The translations under genes and the position numbers were made by a program. Below are positions 9,349-18,886 of a stretch of 64,000 nucleotides of DNA, piece by piece. How positions within the stretch are numbered: position 1 is the stretch's first letter; each line of letters opens with the position of its first letter. The DNA is from Candidatus Woesearchaeota archaeon B3_Woes (GTDB taxonomy: Archaea > Nanobdellota > Nanobdellia > Woesearchaeales > B3-WOES). The DNA is taken from NCBI GenBank assembly GCA_005222965.1, contig NJBG01000001.1, positions 896,167 to 960,166 of the forward strand. Reading direction: 5' to 3'. Under the pieces are notes generated by a model. The model did not search any database and was not told the origin of the DNA. It worked only from the letters and a program-made list of their open reading frames with translations.

Positions 9349-9855
9349 ATGTTAATAGATACACTCACAGAACCAATGTCAGTAGGAGATAGATGGACTA
9401 TTGAAACTGACAGGAAAAAATCTAAGGAAATGGCAGACGCCCATAAACTTTTCTATGAAGATTTAGTTAATGAAGGTCTATATCATCCAGATACAAAAAT
9501 TTCCATTGTTGTAAAAGATTTTGAAAGAGTACAAAAATTTCAAGTATATGCTTTAGAAGCACATATGCCAGATTTGATCCAAATTCCAGACGAAAAAGAA
9601 ATCCTTGCATTAGATGTTAAAACTGACTTGTATAAATTACTATTTCACATGAATCCTAATGTTGAACTAGATGATTTATTGAATCACCCCGTTTTTGAAT
9701 GTTTAGATTCGATTAAGTATGATGAAAAAACAGATAAAATGTATCTAACAACTTTATTATTATTCATGAGAGCTTTCCCACATAAATTTATTCTAGAACA
9801 ACACAAAAAACAAACTGGTGAAGACTTAGTACCTTATCATAGAAGAAGTTTATAA
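9349..9855 (+). CDS. hypothetical protein
   Basis: 168-aa ORF with no recognisable motifs. Confidence 0.35.
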   Translation: MLIDTLTEPMSVGDRWTIETDRKKSKEMADAHKLFYEDLVNEGLYHPDTKISIVVKDFERVQKFQVYALEAHMPDLIQIPDEKEILALDVKTDLYKLLFHMNPNVELDDLLNHPVFECLDSIKYDEKTDKMYLTTLLLFMRAFPHKFILEQHKKQTGEDLVPYHRRSL

Positions 9856-9970
9856 TTAGGCCTTTTTCTCAACTTCTCCCTCACTTCGTTCGGTCGACCA
9901 CGTTGCATTCTCGCCTACGGCTCGGGGGTATTTAACAGGATCCGATGTTATACGAAATCGAAAGAAAGAC

Positions 9971-10552
9971 CTAGAATTTATTTCTATGAATTATTTTATT
10001 TAGTCTTCTTTTCTGAACATGCAAAACATCATCCATTCTATAGTAGCCTGGTTCACTATCTGTTTCCTCTAGAACTGGTTTTTCTGCAGCATATCCTAAT
10101 GAAATAACCAAATCAACAAAATAATCACTTGAAACACCAAGCACATTATGGATATCTTCTTTTTCAACAGCACCCATCATACATACTCCAATATTATTTT
10201 CATATGCCACTAAAGCAATATTTTGAGCTGCTATACCCACATCATATTTATAAGATTCTCTAGAACCGGTTTTTACAATAATAATAATTAAAGCAGTTGG
10301 CTCAAAACCCTTTTTTGCTTTTTTATCACCTGAAATCTCTCCACCAAAATCAATTAAAGGAAATATTTTTTCCAAAACTGATTTATCATCAATAATAATA
10401 TACTCTAATGGCTGAGAATTTCTTGCAGAAGAACTTACTCTTGCACAATCAACAAATTTTTCCAACAATTTATAGTCTATTTTATCTTGTTTAAACAACC
10501 TTGTTGTTCTTTTATGTCTTATTGATTCCTCAATCATCTTACAAAAAATCAC
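9971..10552 (-). CDS. nitroreductase-family protein
   Basis: NADH/FMN nitroreductase-like core (ARVSSSARNSQP ... LIIIIVKTG ... GIAAQNIALVAYENNIGVCMMG). Confidence 0.6.
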   Translation of the reverse strand: MIFCKMIEESIRHKRTTRLFKQDKIDYKLLEKFVDCARVSSSARNSQPLEYIIIDDKSVLEKIFPLIDFGGEISGDKKAKKGFEPTALIIIIVKTGSRESYKYDVGIAAQNIALVAYENNIGVCMMGAVEKEDIHNVLGVSSDYFVDLVISLGYAAEKPVLEETDSEPGYYRMDDVLHVQKRRLNKIIHRNKF

Positions 10553-11801
10553 TCAAACCCTTTTGCTGTTTTTTTACTTCTACTTCTTCAACAACTCTAT
10601 CTTTTTCTGAAAAAACAGGAACACCATACTCACCATCATAACCAGGAAGAACTTCAATTTCACCTTTCCTATTTTTAATAATCATCTCAGCTAGTTTAGC
10701 ACCAACTACCTTCTCAAGTTCTTCTTCAGGAACATGAAGTAAAACATTTAACTCAGTATTAAATTTACTCATCAGACTATTAAACACATCCCAAACTGTT
10801 TTTGTTGCAATTCCTTTATTAACCAACTTTGCAATTATCTCTGATAAAGGAATTAATTTCTTAAATTCTTTTGCACCTTCTGGTTTAAAACCAAGTGGCC
10901 TGTCAGCTAACTTTTCAACTCTATGCTCAACACCAATTGTTAATGCCTTGCCGCACTTAGGACACAATTTATTTAATTTTGTAGATTGCTCTGGGCTTAA
11001 ACATACTTTACAATTTCTATGACCATCATAATGATACTTTCCATAAGCAGGATCAACCTCAATTGTTCCTGTTAAACCCTCTTTTGTTCTTAGAGCCTTA
11101 ATCAAATTATTATAAGTCAATTCTTTTAAATCAAATAGAGTTGATTCCCTCCCAATACGCCAAGGCCAAAAAGAATGAGAATCTGAAGAACTTACTAGAG
11201 CAAACCTATCTAATTGTGACAATCTCCAGTTCATTTCAGGATCTGAACTTAAACCAGTCTCTAAAGCATGAATATTCTTTGTCTGATCTTTAAAAGCATC
11301 TTTTATAGAATCAAAACCAGACATACTACCCAACAACCCAAACCAAGGGGTCCATACATGAGCAGGAATTACCTCAATATCTTTACTAATGCTCATCATA
11401 TTTTCAACTAAATCAGGACACGGAATCTTGAATATAGGTCTTCCATCATAATCTATTCTACCTTTCTTGAGAAAATATTCTGTTATTTGATCAACAACAT
11501 CAAAATTAGGAGCCAAAATAACATTATGTACACGCCTGCCTTTACCACTATCAGTATAAATTAGTGAAACTTCTGTTTGTAAAATAAAAGGCATCCCTGT
11601 TTTCGTTTTAAAAATTCCATTCCCATCATCTGTTAATTTTGATTTTAACTCTTTTATCCATTCAGGATGTGTAAAATCTCCTGTTCCTAACAGATTTAAT
11701 CCTTTTACTTTAGACCATTTTTCTAAATTATCTATATCAAGCTGTTTAGAAGTAGCTCTTGAATATTTTGAATGTAAATGCAAGTCAGCTATTATTTCCA
11801 T
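10539..11801 (-). CDS. PHP-domain nuclease with Zn ribbon, endonuclease Q-like
   Basis: N-terminal ADLHLHSKYSRATS is the PHP metal-binding motif. C-terminal CKVCLSPEQS...CPKCGK is a zinc ribbon. Size about 420 aa. This architecture matches archaeal EndoQ. Confidence 0.5.
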   Translation of the reverse strand: MEIIADLHLHSKYSRATSKQLDIDNLEKWSKVKGLNLLGTGDFTHPEWIKELKSKLTDDGNGIFKTKTGMPFILQTEVSLIYTDSGKGRRVHNVILAPNFDVVDQITEYFLKKGRIDYDGRPIFKIPCPDLVENMMSISKDIEVIPAHVWTPWFGLLGSMSGFDSIKDAFKDQTKNIHALETGLSSDPEMNWRLSQLDRFALVSSSDSHSFWPWRIGRESTLFDLKELTYNNLIKALRTKEGLTGTIEVDPAYGKYHYDGHRNCKVCLSPEQSTKLNKLCPKCGKALTIGVEHRVEKLADRPLGFKPEGAKEFKKLIPLSEIIAKLVNKGIATKTVWDVFNSLMSKFNTELNVLLHVPEEELEKVVGAKLAEMIIKNRKGEIEVLPGYDGEYGVPVFSEKDRVVEEVEVKKQQKGLSDFL

Positions 11802-11892
11802 CTAAAACCCCTACAACAACTAGAACAAAGTTATATAAAAACCTTCTCATTATTAAGAAAGTTATTTAAAATCCATTAATATTACACTAAAT

Positions 11893-12354
11893 ATGGAGTA
11901 TTTAGAATTACATATTAGTGAAAGAAATTTTGAAAGATTGATTTTTATCTTTATAATTCTAATTTTAGTTCTTGTTGCTGTTTTTATTCCTTCTAAAAAA
12001 TGTTCTGAGCAAACATGTAAACAACCACAAATTACAGGAGAAACAGTTAAAGCTATTGAAACAAAAACAGTTGTTGAAGAACCAGAAGAACAACCAATAT
12101 ATTATGTAGATATACAAAACTTTCATTTTGCTCCACAAGAACTTATTATTAAAAAAGATTCTATAGTAATATTTGCAAATAAGGAAACAACATTAGTTCA
12201 TAAAATATACGAAGTTAAAGGATTATTTCTAGGACCAAGAATGGAACCAATGGAAACATTTAGTTATACTTTTAATCAAACAGGAAACTTCACCCTATTT
12301 AGTGTCATGGGCAAAGACAAAGGAACTAAAATGGAAATAAGAGTTATTTCATAA
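11893..12354 (+). CDS. membrane-anchored cupredoxin-like domain protein (paralog of 2780..3232)
   Basis: N-terminal TM helix. C-terminus FSYTFNQTGNFTLFSVMGKDKGTKMEIRVIS aligns with FSYTFDEKGTYYFNDGVFTYMHGVIRVS of 2780..3232. Confidence 0.4.
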   Translation: MEYLELHISERNFERLIFIFIILILVLVAVFIPSKKCSEQTCKQPQITGETVKAIETKTVVEEPEEQPIYYVDIQNFHFAPQELIIKKDSIVIFANKETTLVHKIYEVKGLFLGPRMEPMETFSYTFNQTGNFTLFSVMGKDKGTKMEIRVIS

Positions 12355-12738
12355 TGTTTTCATACCATTAACATAACCCATTTTCTCCCAAAAACCTTCT
12401 GCATCAGCTTCTACGCTAATAAGATCCATCTTAGTCATACCAACTCTCCTACAAAACTTAGTTCTTGCATCCTCAAGTTTTCTACCATACCCATTCCCAC
12501 TATCTCTAACAAAAAGCGCACCAGTATCCGACACCCTTGTTGCAAAATCTAATACAAAAGAATAGTGCAAACCATGATCTGGTAAAAAATACAAACATTC
12601 AACACATCCTACTCCTTGTTGTGCTTTTACAACTATAGACTCATCTTGGATTGGTAATCCTTGTTCTGAAAAAAATTCTAGCATAAGATGCTCTAATTCA
12701 TCAACATCATATCCACTATCTTCTAATAACCAACCCAT
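12349..12738 (-). CDS. GNAT-family N-acetyltransferase (probable)
   Basis: Size and the motif VRDSGNGYGRKLEDARTKFCRRVG resemble the GNAT motif A region. Confidence 0.4.
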   Translation of the reverse strand: MGWLLEDSGYDVDELEHLMLEFFSEQGLPIQDESIVVKAQQGVGCVECLYFLPDHGLHYSFVLDFATRVSDTGALFVRDSGNGYGRKLEDARTKFCRRVGMTKMDLISVEADAEGFWEKMGYVNGMKTL

Positions 12739-12813
12739 TTTATTAATGAAATATCGCTTCTATTTAAATTATTTATGTAAAAATTTATATAATCTGTAAA
12801 AATTCCAATAACT

Positions 12814-13446
12814 ATGGTTTACAAAGCAGTTATTTTTGATCTTGATGGAACACTGGTTCATACTAAACCAGAATACAGATACAAGATAATAGGACAAACA
12901 CTTAAAGAACTGGGTACTTCTTCTTCTGATCATCATATCGACAGATTCTGGTTTGAAACAAGAAGAGATGAAATCATAAAAAATCATTTCAAATTAGATC
13001 CTGAATTATTCTGGGAAATTTACAGAAAAAACGAAATACCAGAACTAAGAGAAAAATTTACAGAATTATATAAGGATATTGATTTTATAAGAGAATTAAA
13101 ACAAAAAGGCTTCAAAATAGGAATAGTTACAGGTGCACCATCTCATATTGCACATGTTGAAATTAATATGTTAGGAAAAGAAAACTTTGATGAGATTATA
13201 ATAACTAATAGGGAAAACAGAGTAGAATACAAACCCCATCCTCAGGGATTATTAGAATGCTTAAATAAGTTAAAAGTTAAAAAAGAAGAAGCAATCTATG
13301 TTGGAAACTCTGATGAAGATGTACTAACAGCAAAAAACGCAGAAGTATTTGACGTTTTATTAAACAGAGGAGAACATATCTTCCCAGAAATAAATCCCAC
13401 ATTAACTATCCAATCTTTATACGAATTAAGAAAACTACTTACTTAA
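12814..13446 (+). CDS. HAD-superfamily hydrolase, subfamily IA
   Basis: Motif I FDLDGTLVHT at the N-terminus. GNSDEDVLTAKNAE (motif IV) near the C-terminus. Confidence 0.75.
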   Translation: MVYKAVIFDLDGTLVHTKPEYRYKIIGQTLKELGTSSSDHHIDRFWFETRRDEIIKNHFKLDPELFWEIYRKNEIPELREKFTELYKDIDFIRELKQKGFKIGIVTGAPSHIAHVEINMLGKENFDEIIITNRENRVEYKPHPQGLLECLNKLKVKKEEAIYVGNSDEDVLTAKNAEVFDVLLNRGEHIFPEINPTLTIQSLYELRKLLT

Positions 13447-13491
13447 GAAAAGTAAATAACATTTAAATACTAATAGATTGACAATATTCCT

Positions 13492-13767
13492 ATGTTACAT
13501 AAAAGAAAAATAAGCCTATTTGAAAAAATACTACTACTGGTATGTATTTTAGTAATAATCACCGGATATTTCTTTGTTTATGGAATGGTTGCTAAAAAAG
13601 GCCTTAGTTGGGATGCTCTACAAACAACCTTTTTATGGCTGATACTAATTGTAACATTAATTCTGGCAATAATAAACGAAAACACAAAAGAAGAGCTTAA
13701 GATTATCAACTCTAATCAAGCAAAAGAAATAAAACTATTAAGAGAAGATTTAGCAAGAAAAAGATAA
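13492..13767 (+). CDS. small membrane protein
   Basis: Two predicted TM helices. 91 aa. Confidence 0.3.
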   Translation: MLHKRKISLFEKILLLVCILVIITGYFFVYGMVAKKGLSWDALQTTFLWLILIVTLILAIINENTKEELKIINSNQAKEIKLLREDLARKR

Positions 13768-14040
13768 TTACTTGCGATAAGAAATCTTTAAAAAAACCTT
13801 TTCAATTTTCTTTCTATATAATATACCAACAAACAAGCTATGCCATATAATATATATAACCAAACTAAAGATTATAGGTAATCCATCCTTTACAGGGCTT
13901 AACATAAGACCTTCCTGAGCAACCTCAACTGTTTTACTAGTAAAAGATAGAACAAAAACCATAACCAAAGCCAATAAAGGTGGCAAAGATAAGAAAAAAC
14001 CATAAACCTTCTTTCTCTTTTGAGCAAGATTCCCTTTCAT
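13768..14040 (-). CDS. small membrane protein
   Basis: Two predicted TM helices. 90 aa. Confidence 0.3.
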   Translation of the reverse strand: MKGNLAQKRKKVYGFFLSLPPLLALVMVFVLSFTSKTVEVAQEGLMLSPVKDGLPIIFSLVIYIIWHSLFVGILYRKKIEKVFLKISYRK

Positions 14041-14134
14041 AAAATACCTTAATATAACTTAATATTTAAGTATTTCTGTGTTAAAACAGTTAAATTTATA
14101 AGGGAGGAATTATACTTCAACTACCTGATATAAC

Positions 14135-14323
14135 ATGGGAAGAATAAAAACACAGCAAATTAAGAGAGTAACCAAGCAATTAATGAAAGAGCATGGTAAC
14201 GAATTTAAGAAAGATTTCAGTGAAAACAAGAAACTAGTAAGGGATTTTGTAGACGTAAAATCAAAAAAACTAAGAAACACTATTGCAGGTTATGTTACTA
14301 GATTGACAAAGACAAGAGAATAA
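14135..14323 (+). CDS. rps17e: 30S ribosomal protein S17e
   Basis: MGRIKTQQIKRVTKQLMKEHGNEFKKDF is the canonical S17e N-terminus. 62 aa. Confidence 0.85.
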   Translation: MGRIKTQQIKRVTKQLMKEHGNEFKKDFSENKKLVRDFVDVKSKKLRNTIAGYVTRLTKTRE

Positions 14324-14344
14324 ACAACAGACGGGGTGAAGTAA

Positions 14345-14626
14345 ATGGGAGACGACACCACAATTTTTATTGGGAACAAGTCTTTTATGAACTATGTGAC
14401 TGGAGTTGTACTACAATTTACAACAAAAGGAGCAAAAGAAGTATCAGTGAAGGCAAGAGGAAAGTTTATTTCCAGAGCAGTAGATGTAGCAGAAGTGGCA
14501 GTGAAGAGATTTTTAGTAGACCAGATACAAGTAAAAGACATAAAAATTGATTCAGAAGATTTCAAGAACAAAGAGGGAAAACAAGTAAGAGTGTCTACTA
14601 TCGATGTAGTTCTTGAAAAGAAATAA
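14345..14626 (+). CDS. albA: Alba DNA/RNA-binding protein
   Basis: 93 aa. IFIGNKSFMNYVTGVVLQF...AKEVSVKARGKFISRAVDVAEV matches the Alba fold signature. Confidence 0.8.
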   Translation: MGDDTTIFIGNKSFMNYVTGVVLQFTTKGAKEVSVKARGKFISRAVDVAEVAVKRFLVDQIQVKDIKIDSEDFKNKEGKQVRVSTIDVVLEKK

Positions 14627-14775
14627 AAGGATAAAAAATGCAGAAACTGGAAATGTATAAAGTGGAACAGAGTTACTTACAGAGATTTTGGTACTATGTA
14701 AAAGAAAACATACGATTTCTAAAATTTTAATTTTTTACATTAAATTTATATATTCATAAATTTATATTTCTGAAT

Positions 14776-14850
14776 GGGCCTATAGCATAACCTGGATTAG
14801 TGCTTCCGGCTTCGGACCGGCGGATGGGGGTTCAAATCCTCCTAGGCCCA
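14776..14850 (+). tRNA. tRNA-Arg (anticodon TCG)
   Basis: Cloverleaf: acceptor GGGCCTA/TAGGCCC, T-arm GGGGG-TTCAAAT-CCTCC, anticodon stem CCGG/CCGG with loop CTTCGGA. Hand-folded, and one stem mismatch leaves the anticodon call less certain. Confidence 0.65.
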
Positions 14851-14920
14851 TTAAAACATCAGAAGGCATCAAAATTGATGGAATTGGAAACATAATAAAA
14901 ATAGAAAATTTAAATTACCT

Positions 14921-15616
14921 TTATTCAAAGAGATTCCTTCCACAATTAAACTCTTTCCACCCATCTCTCAAAGCAGCAGCACAGGGCTGTACTGATAAGA
15001 ATTCTCCTTTACAATACCAATTCTGGTATTTTCTATTCTTAGCTTCTTTTGATGGAAGAAAATGTTTTATTCGAACTGGAGCCTGCATGATTATTTCTAA
15101 AGATAAATTAAGACCTTCATCTCCTCCATATATATTTCCTTCATATTCAACTCCTTCAACTTCAAATAATCTGGGGTTCATCATATCATATTCATTTATT
15201 AATTGTACCCCATTTGGATAAATAATCCTGAAAGCAAAATCATAACCCCAAACCGGATACGTGACTCTCATATCTTCTTCAATAGATTCAACCATAACTT
15301 CATAATCTTCATGAGTTAATAGTTCATCAGCATCTAATACTAAAACTCTTTTAGTTTTAACTTTTGAAAGAGAATAATTTCTAGATTGAGCAAAATTATC
15401 CCACTCTCTGTGAAAAACTCCTAAATGAGGATATTCCTTATCTAAACTAGATAATATATCTTTTGTACCATCAATTGATCCTGTATCTACAATTACAGCA
15501 GCTTCTACATGAGGAAGAGTAGCTCTTAGAAACCTTTCAATTCCACCTGCCGGATTCATAGCTTCATCTCTAATAATTGCTGCTAATGTAGTTTCAGGTA
15601 ATATGGCATATTCCAT
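14921..15616 (-). CDS. family 2 glycosyltransferase
   Basis: VIVDTGSIDGT nucleotide-sugar binding motif and LVLDADE (DxD) motif. Locally higher GC. Confidence 0.65.
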   Translation of the reverse strand: MEYAILPETTLAAIIRDEAMNPAGGIERFLRATLPHVEAAVIVDTGSIDGTKDILSSLDKEYPHLGVFHREWDNFAQSRNYSLSKVKTKRVLVLDADELLTHEDYEVMVESIEEDMRVTYPVWGYDFAFRIIYPNGVQLINEYDMMNPRLFEVEGVEYEGNIYGGDEGLNLSLEIIMQAPVRIKHFLPSKEAKNRKYQNWYCKGEFLSVQPCAAALRDGWKEFNCGRNLFE

Positions 15617-15722
15617 AAGAGAAACAGGCTTATTAATATTTATAAATCTTTTGATTTGTAACTACTATTACATAACAAATATAGAAACATTTATAAAGAA
15701 CAACTCCTTCTTAATCAAAACA

Positions 15723-16109
15723 ATGGATGCAAAATTAATAGAAGAATTAAGGGAACATCATGTAATGCCTCTTGAATTAGATACAACATTACAGGATTTC
15801 TATACAAAATGTGGTGTCGATTGGACTCAAGTAGAAACTCATTTCTCACCAGGAGCACCTAAGGAACAAATAGATTTACATGAACAAACAGAAGATATGG
15901 TAAGGGGTTTATATAAGTTAGAATTTGAAGGACAAGAAGGAACTCCAGAATATCAAAGACTTGAAACACAAATTAAAGAACTATTACAAGGATTAAAACG
16001 GTCACAAATATGTAGGTACTCAAATAATCTGACTCGTATAATAAACACCCTACCTGCTGAAACAGGAACAGGTGGATATGTAAGAGACTCCAGAGCTATG
16101 AACCCATAA
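15723..16109 (+). CDS. hypothetical protein
   Basis: ORF starting MDAKLIEELREHH. The upstream part of the ORF-track entry overlaps the GT2 gene and is probably not coding. Higher GC. Confidence 0.35.
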   Translation: MDAKLIEELREHHVMPLELDTTLQDFYTKCGVDWTQVETHFSPGAPKEQIDLHEQTEDMVRGLYKLEFEGQEGTPEYQRLETQIKELLQGLKRSQICRYSNNLTRIINTLPAETGTGGYVRDSRAMNP

Positions 16110-16121
16110 GATTTCTAAAAT

Positions 16122-18851
16122 TTATCTAAGAGCTCCTAGAACTTCTCCTAGCTTATCAAAATTAGTGCCAAATCCAATCCAATCCTGTTTATTCATAGAA
16201 TCAAGTATCTGATCATAATAAATTGAAGCTTCTTTAATCAAATCCTTTTGAGATACACCTTCTACAACAACCTTTTTACTAACTGCTTTGCCAAACAAGG
16301 CTTCTAAGGCCAGATCAAAACTCTCTTCCATTACAACTCTTTCACCATCCGAAACTAAAATTCTTTTAAGTTGAGGAAGTTGTCCTTGCTCTGATTGTAT
16401 ATACAAAGGCTCAATATATAGAAGACTATTATCAATTGGAATTACAAGTAAATTCCCTCTTGTAACTTGCGAACCCTGCTGTGACCACAAGGTAATTTGC
16501 TGGGATATCTCAGAATCCTGATCAAACTTAGCTTCTATCTGTAAAGGACCATAAATTAACTTATCTTTTGGAAATTTATACAATATCAACTTGCCATAAT
16601 TTGAACCATCTGAACGTGCAGCCATCCATGCAACCATATTATCTTTTTTAATTGGAGTAAAAGTAGTCATTAAAACAAATTCTTCTTCAGTTTCACCAGG
16701 CAATTTCATTATAATATAATAAGGATCTACTTTTACCTGCTGACCAACACCATAAATCTCATGAGGAATCTGCCATGCATCTTCTTTATTATAGAAAACA
16801 GATATATCATCCATATGATATGTATTATAAATACTTGATTGTATTCTAAACAAATCCTCTGGATATCTTATATGTTTCTTAAGATCCAAAGGCATTGAAT
16901 CAATCAATCTAAACTGTTTTGGGAATATCTTAGCATATGTAATAATTAAAGGATCCGAAGTATCAATAATATAATATGTAATATCCCCATTATATGCATC
17001 AACAACTATTTTCACAGAATTACGTATGTAATTTATAGAACTCTGCTTCTCTGAATAAGGGAAATTTCCAGATAGAGTATATCCATCTACAATCCAAACC
17101 AAACTTCCATTATGCAGAACCAAATAAGGATCATCATCCAACCCTATAAATGGAGTAATCTTAGAAATTCTTTCTATTATGTTTCTTCTGAACATAATTT
17201 TACTGTCAGATGTTATATCAGATGATAAAAGAAGTTTAACATCTTTGAATTTAAAAGCCATTAGGAATTTTTTCATAGTAGAATCTAACCCAACTCCTCC
17301 TCCACCATCATAATTTATGTACTCATTAGTATTCCCTTTTGGATAATCAAATTCATTGGCTTTAGTATTTACTAAAACAAAACCATTATACTTTTCTCCA
17401 TAATATATCTGCGGTTTATCAATTTTTATATTTAAATCATCAACAGTATAGATGGGGGGAATATCTTTTATAAAGAAATTAGGCAAACCCTCCTTTGTTA
17501 CTGAATTTACAGGACTCATTACAACTCCAAATCCATGAGTATAAACCATGTGAATATTAACCCAGGTCTTGGCATTCTGTATAATCTGATTTTGATCTAA
17601 TTCCCTAGGTGCTAGCATAACTTGTGTATACTTTCCATTAATATCATACCTATCAATATCAATTCCAGAAAGGTCATAGTATAATCTTATTTCCTGAGTT
17701 TGTTTATAGGTTTTTACTAATGGCCTCCAATCCAAAATCCTTACATTATCAATTGTTTTAGAAGCCTTAGATAATTTATCAGAAGTTAAATCCATCTCAA
17801 CAGAAAAATCCTTTTCTTCAACATCAGATAATCCATAAGCCATTCTAGTAAATTTAATATTGTTTTCAATATACGGCCTTTCTAAATTTATTTCATTTGG
17901 TGTAACAATAAAAGACTGTACTAATCCAGGAATTATTGTTGGACCAACAAATCCAAATATAAGATAGATCAAAACAACATAACCAAGTATATGTCTTTTC
18001 TTAAGCTGTTTTGAGAAAAACAACATCCAACCAACAAAAACTAATGCAACAACTATTGCCAAGATCATTAAAATCCTAATAATTGGAAGATAAGCAACAA
18101 CATCTGCATAACCTGCTCCTACAACAATGCCTTGTTTAGAATACATAACTGAAAATAATGTAAGATAATGCTTAATAGCAAGTAAAATAAAAATTAAACA
18201 ACCCAAAACAGTTAAATGAATAGTTGAGTTTGCTTTGAATTTTGATAAAACATCTTTGAAATCAAATGAAGGAGAAGAAGGTACTGGTGCTTCAAAATCA
18301 TGTTTCCCATCTGTCTGCCTAAAATTTATTGGTTTAGTTCCTAAAATAAATGATTGTAAGTAATCAAACAAAACCAAAAGGGTTGTAATCATAACACAAG
18401 CCATAACAAATAACCACAATACTGAAAAAAATGGAAGTGAAAAAATATAAAAAGAGACATCTTTCAAAAATATAGGATCCTTTATTGCAAAAGGAACCTG
18501 ATTAAGATACTGCAGTAACAAAAACCACTGTGAAGAAACAGTTATACCAACAAAAAAAGATAGGATACTAACAATCTTTAATTTAGTCTTAAAAGAAATA
18601 ATTTTCTTCTTAGCTTCACTAAATTTCGAAGATATCCATAAATTAAATAGAGCAAAGAAAAAAAACACAAAACCACCAACAAAAAACAAAAATACTTTTG
18701 ATTTAAGACTTATTAAAAAAATAGAAGAAAAACCCAACATATCAAACCACAAATAATCAGTCAAAAGACCAACCAAACCACTGATAAATAAAAAGAACAG
18801 GATTAATACTGTAATTACAACATTTAACACCCAATTTTTTTTATTAGCCAC
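16122..18851 (-). CDS. UPF0182-family large membrane protein
   Basis: 909 aa. N-terminal block of about 7 TM helices followed by a large soluble domain, the architecture and size of the UPF0182/COG1615 family. Confidence 0.55.
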   Translation of the reverse strand: MANKKNWVLNVVITVLILFFLFISGLVGLLTDYLWFDMLGFSSIFLISLKSKVFLFFVGGFVFFFFALFNLWISSKFSEAKKKIISFKTKLKIVSILSFFVGITVSSQWFLLLQYLNQVPFAIKDPIFLKDVSFYIFSLPFFSVLWLFVMACVMITTLLVLFDYLQSFILGTKPINFRQTDGKHDFEAPVPSSPSFDFKDVLSKFKANSTIHLTVLGCLIFILLAIKHYLTLFSVMYSKQGIVVGAGYADVVAYLPIIRILMILAIVVALVFVGWMLFFSKQLKKRHILGYVVLIYLIFGFVGPTIIPGLVQSFIVTPNEINLERPYIENNIKFTRMAYGLSDVEEKDFSVEMDLTSDKLSKASKTIDNVRILDWRPLVKTYKQTQEIRLYYDLSGIDIDRYDINGKYTQVMLAPRELDQNQIIQNAKTWVNIHMVYTHGFGVVMSPVNSVTKEGLPNFFIKDIPPIYTVDDLNIKIDKPQIYYGEKYNGFVLVNTKANEFDYPKGNTNEYINYDGGGGVGLDSTMKKFLMAFKFKDVKLLLSSDITSDSKIMFRRNIIERISKITPFIGLDDDPYLVLHNGSLVWIVDGYTLSGNFPYSEKQSSINYIRNSVKIVVDAYNGDITYYIIDTSDPLIITYAKIFPKQFRLIDSMPLDLKKHIRYPEDLFRIQSSIYNTYHMDDISVFYNKEDAWQIPHEIYGVGQQVKVDPYYIIMKLPGETEEEFVLMTTFTPIKKDNMVAWMAARSDGSNYGKLILYKFPKDKLIYGPLQIEAKFDQDSEISQQITLWSQQGSQVTRGNLLVIPIDNSLLYIEPLYIQSEQGQLPQLKRILVSDGERVVMEESFDLALEALFGKAVSKKVVVEGVSQKDLIKEASIYYDQILDSMNKQDWIGFGTNFDKLGEVLGALR

Positions 18852-18886
18852 AGAACTAAAATATATGTAATCTTTTTAAACCTTTC

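Noticed and set aside
9856-9965. 5S rRNA or tRNA fragment in the GC-rich intergenic island
   Set aside because: No acceptor/T-arm pattern and no 5S helix I/loop C consensus. Only the composition anomaly is reported.
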